From positions 124,001 through 188,000 of the forward strand of contig OY253687.1 in assembly GCA_958009085.1 (NCBI GenBank): 64,000 nt of DNA. The letters run 5' to 3'. This DNA comes from Protoeuglena noctilucae (lineage: Eukaryota). Positions within the stretch are counted from its first letter, which is position 1. Each line of letters opens with the position of its first letter. The translations under genes and the position numbers were made by a program. Of the stretch, positions 13,596 through 24,326 are shown in pieces. The notes beneath the pieces were generated by a model. It saw nothing but the letters and a program-made list of their open reading frames with translations, was not told the origin of the DNA and searched no databases.

Positions 13596-13861
13596 CACTC
13601 CGCCAGCGGCGCAGGCGCCATGCAGGTGGTCCCGGCGCGGCCCGCCGCAGCCACGAATGAGCTAGGTGAACCTAAGGAGCTTAATTGTGTGGAACAAATG
13701 GCGCGAGGACGCCGGCAGTGGCGCACCCCTGCGCGTGTTTGACGTCGTTTCTGGCAAGTGGTAAGAAAACGCCGTTTTTCCTCAGCCGTACGCGGGCTTT
13801 CTTCATTTCCAGCTCACCAATTGGCCTCCACGCTGGCCCCAGTGCTTTGTAGGTCTCGAAG

Positions 13862-14827
13862 ATGCCAGCTCTGACAGTCCCGGGAGGCATGGCCACGCTC
13901 GGGGCCAGGGAGGCGCCCACGCGAAGGGGACCGTGTCGCGATCATCGCACAGCTCCCGTGGGGCTGGCGGCTGCGGCCGCAGCGATCGTGTCCCTGTCTG
14001 GGCCGCTCCCCGCATCCGCGGCCACTGTCTTTGCCGGCATCTACGCGGATCCGAATCATCCGAACTGCTCGCGCACGATTGATCCGCGTGGCGTCATTCG
14101 TGGGGTGGACCCCGTCCCGTTCGAGCGCGGAGCCGGGTGCAATGCACCGGGCATCTCGGCGAAGGCCTGGTCCATCCAGGGCAAGATCTCCCCGGACGAC
14201 AGGTGCCGCCGACAACACGCTGGGTATGAGTTACCTGTGAGCGGCGGGAGCGCAGGAGAGACCGATGCTATCCACGGTTGGCGCAGGCGCATCGTCATCA
14301 ACTTCGACGAGAAGGATGGCAGTGGCGAGGTCTTTGAGGGCCTGTGGAGGACGCAGGGCAGCAAGGAAGGCATCCTGCTGCCCGATGGCACCTTCTGGAG
14401 CAAGGTGGCGCCGTATCCGGCGCGCAGCGACGTCGCGGGCGTGTATGACGACAGCTCGCACCCGGGGTGCATGCGGCGCATCGACGAGAGCGGGGCGGTG
14501 TTCGGGGAGGACCCTCCCGGGCCGCTGACTCCGGGATCGCCGTGCAGGTGAGCGGGTGGGCGGCGAGCGCTGGGGCCGAGTGCCGCTCGTCAGCCGGACG
14601 AACCCAGCATTTCGGACCGCCGCAGGCCGGGCGACGAGACCAGGCCGTGGCAACTGCCGGGCGCGATCATTGGAGACCAGATGGTGATTGACTTCGACCC
14701 CATCGACAAGGACCCTCAAGGGCCCATCCTTGCTGTGTACAAGGACGGCATCCTGCGGACCGCCAATGGGGTGTGGACCAAGCGAGGGCCGGGCTCAGTA
14801 CAGGGGCCTGCCGCGCCTCTCCCGTAG
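13862..14827 (+). CDS. Uncharacterised protein with two tandem YxDxxHPxCxRxI...WxK domains, probably thylakoid-lumenal or secreted (3 exons)
   Basis: Repeat 1 YADPNHPNCSRTID...C...WSIQG...INFD...DGTFWSK; repeat 2 YDDSSHPGCMRRID...C...WQLPG...IDFD...NGVWTK; hydrophobic signal ending PASA. Confidence 0.75.
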
Positions 14828-15036
14828 TCGGCGGGCGCGTCTCGTCGAGCCATAGACCCGGCAGTCGGGATGTCGCCAGCATCGCCGCGCCAGACTGCTC
14901 GGGGTCGCTTTCTGAAATGCGAAGCATGTTGCTGCGCTCAGATCGTGCATTTTCCAGCGAGACTGCGCGATATACTTGCGCATCGTGGCTGGGCTGAGCG
15001 CCTCTCTCGCGCACGAGGCGCAGGGCATTAGAGCCA

Positions 15037-18000
15037 TGCATGGCGCGTCGGAGTTCCCCAACTCCCGCGTGCGAGTTTGCATAAAGTCAATGAGATTAGC
15101 GACACGGCCATGGTGACGCGGCTCGTGTTCCCCTCCGTCCACGGGACCGAGGGGCACGCTGGGCAGAGCGTGGTTGCCTTCCCGACGCGGACCGTCTGCG
15201 TGGAATGCCTCGAGTGGGCCCTGCTGCGGCAGCCGAGCACATCTACGGCCGCTTTTGCTGCCAGGCAAGCCACGCGGCGGGCGGGCGGCGGCCTCCCGGG
15301 GCGGAGCGTGACAGCGAACCTTTTCCCCGCAGCGCTCTCCTCGGCGCCCTCGACGAGGGATGGAGCCTGGACACGACACGTGTTGTGGAGGGCTGCGCAG
15401 GGAGGGTGCTCGCGGCGCTCATCCAGGTGCGGGCCGGCGCATCGAGGGGGAGATGCTGGTGCTTCCTGTGGGGTCGATGCGCGCCTCGGTCCCGCCGCTG
15501 ATGACGATTTGCTCGGTCCATACCAGCATTTGTTAAGTAAGGTGCACGTGGCTGCCACGCAGGCGGGGCTGGCCGCTGCGGACGAGCACTGCGAGTCGCT
15601 ACGGACCCTCACCACGCAAGGGATCCACCTCATTTGCTTCCCCCCCGGCGAAGGAGCCGAGAGGTGATGCGCCGATGTGACAGGAGTGGCGGAACTCGTC
15701 TGTGTACTCGCCGACGCGTGCCTGTCAACACAGTCCCTCGGCCCACCCACCACAGGCGGGCCCCCAACAACGTCGTAGGGGCGCTCGCCGTGGATATGCT
15801 CTGCGCGGCCATGGCTTCCTGCGAGACGGCGCTGCAGTTGGAGGTCTGCGCAGAGGCGCTGCTCGGCATCTTGCGCGAGGCACAGGTAACGGTGGCACCC
15901 GGCAGGCCCCTCGGTCGCACCGTGACCGGTGCCACGCAAGCCTCTACGTCGGCCGTCCGTTCCGCGTAATACTGCAGGGCTTCGAGTTGTCGAGGTCGCT
16001 CTCGGAGCGGCTATTCAGCGATGAAGAGGCTTGCGCCAAGCTGTTGACCCTGACACAGGTGCTGGTGCGCGCGCCGTGGATGGTTCAGCCGAAGTGGCAT
16101 TAAACGCAGCCGCCGCTTATCGATTGCTTCTGCCTTCTCCTGCAGTCTCCGAGTCGCCGCATGGCTCTGTCAGACGTCTTGTCCCTTCATCTGTACCTCT
16201 GGACCTCGATGGCATCCGCTGATGACGTGGGGCCCCTCACAAGCACGGAATCCCTGCGCACGTGGCCCGCCACGGGCCTCGTCGTCCAGTCAGTGCTGGC
16301 TGCTGTCGCTGCCGTGACCGACGAGGCAGCTTTGGCGGCCGGGGACGACCTGCGTCCGTCTCTTGCTTTGGCGAGTCGCGCCATTGCTCTTTTGGCAGGC
16401 GAGGGGGCCATCACTGCGGCGGCTCTGAGTACTCCGGGCCCTCGAGCGCCCGCCTTCAGTTTCCTCGGCGTCGACTTTCCGCGTGCTCCCGGGCCGCCCG
16501 CCGGGTGCGGTGGAGCGGTCATGCGGACCATCAAGTGTGCCCTTACGCGGGGATTAGAGGAGGCACGCCGGGACGCAGCAGCAGCGCTCGCTTCGCTGAC
16601 TCGCTCCAAAAGCCCCGCGTTCTGCCGTCTCGCCGTGGAGGACTGGGACGTTGTGGAGTATCTCCTCGACGTGATGGCAGCGCCGCAGAGCACACAGGTG
16701 GCAGGGACCGCTTTTCACCACGCACTGGACGCGGTCGTGCAGCTCTCAGAGGCATGTCCACAGGCCACCGTGGCGCGGCTGGAGCGTGGGGTGTTGGCCG
16801 TGGCCCAGGCGCTGCGCCAGTCCTGGCTCGTCGGGGACCTCGGAGCTTCCGCGAAGGTCTGTGGCCTCTTGGCGCAGGCTATCGTCGACTTGCCTGCTGC
16901 ATCGAGCGCCCAGGTTGTCTCAGTGTTGCGCGAAGTATATCCGCTCGCCGACATCTCTGGCAGCGCAGTTCAAGACATCCGGCTGTCCGAAGGCAGCGCG
17001 CAGGTCGCCGCAGGAGTGGCAGGTGATGACTAACTGGCACTTAGCGCAATGTGTCAGTCTCTGTCAGACGCTGTGTGCTCTTTCCAAAGTGCCAGTGCGG
17101 AAGAAACGCCGACCCTTGCTCCCTTCCAGGGGTGATGGAGCGGATTGTCTCGGGTTCGGCTCTACCCAAGCTGCTGGCGCAGGGCCACCAGAGCACCTTC
17201 AGATCGCTTTCGGAGTTGGTGGAGGCCATTCTCAGCGCAGCGGCTAAGGTGCCTGCTCCCGGCAACCTGTGTGGCGTTCTGGAGTCTTCCTGTTCTCTCT
17301 TTGCGGTGACTGTCCGCGCACTATGCCAGCTTCTCCTAGCCAGCGGAGGCCATGGTCCGGCACCCTTGGCGGGCGGCGAGCACGGTCGTGGCCGCGAACG
17401 CGGGGCTCGAAGCGCCCTCGACCGTGCCGTTCTTTGGCACGACTCTGCCCCTGCCGGATTCGCTTCGAGCAACGCTGGTCGGCAATATGGAGCTCACGAT
17501 GCCGCCTTCAGCCTCCTCACATTGGCTGTAAAGGGTGCGGCGGCATCAGTCGTCCCTGCAGTGGAGAAAGCAGCCTCGGTTTGCTCGCCTGCCATCGTGG
17601 TGCAATGCTTTGAGAGCGTATCTTGCGGTGCAGTGCTCCTGCACGACCTTCGCCGGATTGTGGCACCCGCGAGGGCATTTCAGACAAGCCAATGTCCGCT
17701 CCCAGCGACTGGGACCTGCCAACACATGGGAACTTTTCCACACAGCGCCACAGACAACGACGTCTTCAGCCTCGAGATGGAGCTGCTAGAGGCCCTCTGT
17801 TGTAGTGGATGGAGCTCGCTGTACTTCTCTTTCGCGAGCACTTCGGTGGGGGGATTACAAACCTCTCGGCCTTTCCCCGCTGACTCCTTTGTCGGATCAC
17901 AGAGTAATGTCCTTGCCTGGCCGGCGGAGGGCCAGTTGCGGTGGACATTGGATGGGTGGCGAGCCGTGTGCCTGGCGGCTGGCCATGCTGTGCCCGTGGG

Positions 18001-20656
18001 AGAAGACCCCGCGGCTCTTTGGGATGCAGCAGAGGTTGCGGGTTTGACGCACAGAGCGTCTTGGCTTGAGATTTTGGGGGGTTTGACGGGGGAAGCACGG
18101 GCTGGGTTTCAGACTTGCAGCGGTGTGGTGGGGGCCAATTCGGGCAGCACGGACGGTGACCGAGCTAGAATCCAAGCGTCGCTGACGTGCGTGTGTTGCT
18201 CAGTCCTGTGCATGACGCTTCGTTCGAGCCAGGAAGCCATGGAGTCGCTTTCCGCGGCAGTGCCTTGGGGGCGAGCCCTGGAACATGCGGTGGCTACCTC
18301 ACAAAACATCATGGCCCATGCCAACGAGGCTGTGGAGCATGTAGCCCCCAGCATTCTCGCGGGCATGACAGTAGCCAGCACCCTGGAGCTTTGGAGGGAG
18401 GCAGCAGCAGTGGTTGGCGAGCACGAAATGCCGCTCGTTGCAGCGGTGGACTTCCAGAGGGCCCTGATGCTCCATGAGGATGTCATGCAGACGCTGCTGC
18501 GCATCCGCCCAGACCTCGCAGCATGGCTAGTTTGCCACAGTACGCACCTGGACTCTCTTGGCCCCTCCTTCCTGACTGCTGCTTGCCGCCTACATGTGAC
18601 GAGGGGCCCTGGCAACCTGGTAGAAACCCCGCCTCCGGCAAACTGCCCGCCATGCCGCAGGGGTATCACAAGCTTCGTCCTGTCTCTAATGGAAGAGGTT
18701 GATGTCGCGCTGGGGGCTGGCACGCTCAATACTAGTGCGGCCACGACATTGTTGCAGGACATAGTCCAGAGCTCTGCCCCTGTAGAAGGACAGAGGGCCG
18801 ACCTGCAGGTCGCGTGTGAGCTCATCAGTACACTCTGCGATCTGCGCACCGTGACAGGCACCCCGCTTACAAGGCAAGGAGACATCGTGAAGGCAGTTCT
18901 AAGGTTCGTCTTTCTTAGCACTATTGTCGGCTTGCCGCAGATTGGCGTCGATGAGCCAATTTGGCAACATGTTGGCGTCCCCCCATCCGCAGCCACTGGT
19001 GCTTTGGTGCGAGCCCTGGCCTCTTGCGCCACGTAACGTCTCTGATGTCGGCAGCAAGCGTCGGTAGAGCTGACATATCCGTGCACCTCAATGGTCCTGA
19101 CACAAGGGCGGCAAGCGTGTTCCTGCTCTCTGCGTGCCGTGACCAGTTTCTGGAGCTGGCCTGGGAATCAGTGGAGGAGCACTTTGACCGGCACGTTGTA
19201 AAGCATTCGGAAGCTCTTTGTTGGACGCTTGCCGAAGCAAAGAACTTCCTGGCAGCTCTCAGCATAGCCCTAGGCGGTGCTGTGCCCCACAGCGGTGGGC
19301 CATGTGGGCTTGGGGGCTATGCTAACGTCGCGGAGGAGGGACTTAGACTTGCGAGCGCTGCCGTGGGATGCGTGGGCGTACGCTGTTATATGGGGTTGCC
19401 CAGCGTGAGGCGGGCGGGGTTGACGACCACTGACCGCCCCGCCCCCCATATTTCCACTGTGTTCGGTCTGGAGCGGAGTCCAGTGGCGGCTGAGCCTGCG
19501 GCTTCCTTGACGGAGGATCGATGGGGAAGTGACGTTGCAACGCTGGCGGTGGAGTGTGCCCAGGTCCTCGTGACGCTCGAACTGCGAGGCGCACGCGAGA
19601 GGGTGGCTGGTCAGGTGGCAGTTGAGTCGGTTCTTTCACTGGAACCCGGACACGAGCAGAGAACGAGCAAGTCAGCCGAAATGCCCAAGCAACAGACCAT
19701 ACCGAAGCGTCGACGGCTTGCAAAGTCCCGATCTCAGGCAGCAGCCGAAAGCCAGACGAAGGTTTTCGAGAGTGCCCGCCCGGATAGCATTTCAGCTGTG
19801 CTTGCTGCAGCAATCCACCTCGGTGGCCTCGTCCTGATGGGGACGGCGAGCAGCATGTCGGCGGTTGGCGGGACAGGGGTTCCCCCAACAGCAGGATCTG
19901 CTCACGCCAGCGGACAGGACCGCGCAGCACGAGAAGAGAGAGCGGGGCTTGTGGAAGCAATGCAAAGGACGTGCTCCGTCTTGGGAAAGCACAGTGCATC
20001 CTGCGACCGTGCAGTCTTGTATGGGGCAGCATGTGCAGCAGTGACAGAAGGTAAGAAGCAGGGTAGTGGCCAGTGGTCGGCAACCTGGGAGGTTGTCAGT
20101 GTAGAACAACTGCCCTTTGGTCGTGCTTGCAGGGCAAGGAGGGCACTTGGCTTCCAAACCTATGGCGGTTGAGCTCATATTCAAACACGGGATGTCAGAA
20201 GACCTCATGGAGGACCTGTGCGCGGCCATCATGGTGGAAAGCTTGGCTTGGACGGACAAAGGACAGGCTTTCCGAGTCATGCAGGAACCGAAGTTTGACG
20301 AGCACGATTCTGCGCAGTCCATCATTAGCTGGTTGCCGTTTTTGGGCGAGGCACACAGTTGGCGCACGCCGTCTGAGGCTGTAGACCCTGCGAAAGAGAG
20401 TGGAGAGCAACTGAGCTGGAGGTCCTGGCTGTCCCAAGTCGTGCCCGTCCTTTCGGCATCGAGCTGGAGAAGACCCGCCGTCCCTGAAAGCGCCTTGTCT
20501 TCCCAAAGCAGTCTTATCTCTTTGCTTAGGCGTGGACTGCGAGCTGCCGGGGGAGCGTGGGACCTTAATGACTTGTGCAGTACGCTTCTGGCCCTAGCCG
20601 CACTGCGACACGCCTGCGCTGTCCGCAGAACCGCTCCGTCTGGCGGCTGTGTCTAA
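15037..20656 (+). CDS. Large ARM/HEAT-like protein, candidate MEI1/PRD1 meiotic double-strand-break factor (multi-exon)
   Basis: N-terminal H-x(11)-CxxC (GHAGQSVVAFPTRTVCVECL) and internal block IKCALTRG...DWDVVEYLLDVM...GVLAVAQAL resemble MEI1/PRD1 blocks as I recall them. Confidence 0.6.
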
Positions 20657-20723
20657 AAGACAGTTCAAAACCTGGCTGGCGTGAAATACAGTGAAATACA
20701 ATGCATTGGCTGCATTTCCCTTC

Positions 20724-23700
20724 CTAGCTCCGAGACCCCCCACCACGCCCGCCACTCCCTCGCAAAGCTACCACAAGTGCAAACACCTCAGCCCGCCGCT
20801 CTATGCCAGCCAGGTTGCACATCCCCTCGATCAGCGCATCTTGCCCCCTTGTCGCGTGCTTCGCGTAGTAGGCCTCTAACACGGGACTTGCTGCACCCAG
20901 TCGATTTCTGCAAGCCTGAAGCTCCCGGACCCAGTGTGCGTTAGCACATGCCGACCCCACCAGCCCATCTTCTAAGGCTGACCCGTCGTCCCCGTAGTCG
21001 ATAGCGCGGCTGACGGCCCTGGACAGCTCACGCTGCATCCCTTGCACTTGCTGCGCATCCCGCTGTGGGTCCCGCTCTGGCTCCTCATCTGCCGAGTACG
21101 TTTCCCAGTCAGACGAGTAGGCCGAGTCCCCGCCCTCAGACCTGTCTCTTCGAGGGGAAGCCATGTTCACAAAAGATGGATCCGGCCCCAGTCCACCGTC
21201 AGGGGCCCCTCCAAGACCCTCCTCATCAGTGAAGGGACGCCCCGGCAGCCCAGCCACGGGCCCAGCCGGCACGCGCTGGTGGAAGTGCCCAGCTCCATCC
21301 CCAGCACGGAGTGCCTGCGGCGTTGGTGCTTCGCCGTTGAGGCTCATGGAGCCCATGAGAACGCTGGCGTCGTCCTCGTCCCCGACCGACGGCACGCCAC
21401 TTGGCAATCGACCCGCGAGATTCCTCGCCGGCCACTCTGGCAATGACGTGTCCGGGTCCTCTTGCTCGTCGCCCATCGATCGACCCCGGCCAACAGGGGT
21501 CTCATCGAATATCTCCTGTGCTGTGCGAGGACGACCGTTGCTGGCAGGCGAGGGTGAGGGGGCGGCCAGTGGCCGAACAGCTTCTGATCCACCCGCAGCG
21601 TGCCCCAGGAACTGCGTGAGGGACGGCAGGCTTGAGCTCTTCCCCTCCTGCCCCTCCGCACGCGCTGTCTTGGCTACGACGCGGCGAGTCTCGGGGCTCT
21701 CGGACTGCTGCGGCTCCTCGGCACGTAGCCTGAGGTGCGCGTGCGCAGCTTGACGGCCTGGGGGGTCTTCATAGCCTTCTCCAACGGCGCACTCGACCCT
21801 GCAAGAAAGCGAAACGGACGAATTGAAGTGGAGTGACGTTCGCGTATGCTTGCCATCGATGCCACGCAGGAGCCCCCGACGCACCCGGTGCCGGCCATCG
21901 TGCCGCGTCCATGCCCGATGGCAAAGACACCCCCAAAACCCCCGCTTTGCGCGGTGGCCATCTCCGTATGCTCCCCAGTATCTCCCCGTGTTATCCGTGC
22001 CTGCGCATCTCGCTCATTCGCCCAAACACCCTCGTTGAAAGCCCCGCCAGGCTCCGCCGCATCCCATCCTCCTGCCCCGTCCCTCCCCAGCCTGCTTCGC
22101 TCTCGCTGGCCACCCCAGCCTTGGGGTACGCCTACCGACGACGGCGTCGCAGCACGGGCGCTTAGCGGGGTGGCAGGGTTGGACACCCCGTGGGACAGCG
22201 GCGAATAGAAGGAGCTGCCACTCGTGGCAGGGCTCTGGAGAGGTGCCGGAGCGTATACTGCATGGGAGCAAAGCAAACTACTTTTGTGAGAAATACTGCT
22301 TGACCACTCCCCATGCACCCTGCACATGTCACGAGGAACGCAATGCTACCTGGCTCGACCCTGCCGCCCTGAAGCGACCCCTGCATTTGACGCGCTTTCC
22401 GCGCGCGCGCCTCCTCCCGATCGCGCATGCTGTTCGCGACATGCAGCGCATGTGCCTCACGCTGCCTGTCAGCCTCCTCCTCCTTCCTTCGCCTGCAAAT
22501 GCAACTCGGAGTCTGCTAAGCATGCCAGCCATGTCAGTGTCACGTCCCCAGCAGCACCGTCAAAGCAGCCACCTGATGCGCTCCCGATGACTCATCGCCA
22601 CTTCGTCGGGCGGTGGGTCGTTCGACTTCCCAGATCCCTTGGAGGAAGACTTGCGCATGAGACGGCGCAGCGTGGTCGTCATGGGGAGGAAGCCTGGGCG
22701 GAGAAGACCGGCTGAATCCAGTCTTCGGGCAATCGTCTTCCACAAACGCCGCTTCACGTGCAAGATGCAGGACCCGCACCTGAGCCCTGTCCCTGTAGCG
22801 CCTCGAGGCTGGCCTGCACGATGGGCGTGGCCATCACTTGCGCCAGCCCCGGACGCAGGTCGGGCTCCCGCTCGAGCAGCTGGGACACCAGCACGTGCAG
22901 GGGAGTGCTGTACCCGGGGGGCAGGGGGTCGTACTGGCCGAGGGAAATCTGGTAGACCAGTCCCAGCAAGTTGTCCGCGCGGAAGGCGTGCTGCAGGGAG
23001 CACAGCTCATACAGCACACAGCCGAGCGACTGCAGGCGAGGAGCTGATCGCGACGTTTGCCATTGCCGGTGCCTTCGAGACGTGGACCCTGCCTCGCTCG
23101 CCGGCACCAGGCCTCACCCATATGTCGCTCTTAAGGGAGTAGGGGCGGTTCTGGCAGATTTCGGGGGCCATACTGCGCGAAAGACCAGCACCGCACGGAT
23201 CTCAACGTGCTGACACCGGTTGAGCTGAGGGGATGCATGGAGGCAGAGCAGCTGCTTCCTCACTAGTACGGCGTGCCAGTCACAGTCGAGGCAAAGTCGT
23301 TGGTGTCCTGAAGGACGCGGCTGATCCCGAAATCACCGAGCTTCACGAAGTACTGCCGGCCGGCAGCAGAGATGAAGATGTTCTGCGTTTTGAGGTCCCT
23401 GCAAAAACAAGGCGCCAGGGTTCATCCCAACTCACTTTGCAGGGCTCGTCACCCGGAGCCACGCTCGTTACGGGTCTCCGTCACACCTGTGCAGAATGCG
23501 CTTGGAGTGGACGTGGGCAAGTGCCAGCGCGATCTGAGCGAAGATTTCGAGGACATCCTTCTCGGGCAGGTACGAGCCCGATGCCCTGCGCGCCTTGATT
23601 TCGGAGAAGAGGTCGCCGTAGGCGCAGTACTCGGTCACGATGCAAAGGTCGGCCTCGTGGTAAAAGCTCTCGATGTAGCGCACGACGTACGGGTGATCGA

Positions 23701-24044
23701 GCACTGTGTGGCAAGGCAAAAAGTGGTGGGAACCTGTGGAGAGGCCATTCTCCTGCAGAGACGGATCCCAGGCGCCTCATGCCAGCCTCACTGGACAAGA
23801 GCTTGGCCTCGCGCAGGGCCAGGTCCGAGGTGTCGCGCTCGTGTCGGGACATGGGGATGCGCTTCAAGCAAAACACCTCCCCCGAAGCGGTGTTGCGGAC
23901 TTTCCAGGCCTGGCCATACTGCAGACGCACGGGGGGAAGCGTAACCTTGACGTGAATGCGAGGAGGGCAGGAAAGGCAGCGCCGGCTGCATTCGTCACCC
24001 ACCTGGCCCTTGCCAATCATGCCAACAACTTCATACTTGTCCAT
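20724..24044 (-). CDS. NIMA-related (NEK) Ser/Thr kinase with long low-complexity tail
   Basis: [80 protein letters not shown] after splicing. Confidence 0.95.
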
Positions 24045-24326
24045 CTTCCTACGTGGACGCCTGTGTCCTGAGCCGCCCAGACACGCGGAACTACGAGCGT
24101 GATCGCCTCATGCACCGCGCCGTTCCGGGTTCCTGGATCGGCTGCCACGCCACTGACACCGCCTATCCGCTTCTGCTCGATGCACGGATGCTGAAAAGGC
24201 TCGTGGGCCACGAGCTTGCGCGGCGCCGGTGCCCCATGCATTGACCGCCTCTACGGGTGCCAAATCACGCATTTGACATCAAAGTCGTCGCCGTGCAACG
24301 ACGCATTGACGTCCTCAGCTACGGCA

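Noticed and set aside
23255..23275. Apparent in-frame TAG in NEK after GTPY, suggesting stop-codon reassignment
   Set aside because: An intron splits the codon (TA|GT...AG|T), giving [12 protein letters not shown], TAG and TGA all act as stops elsewhere
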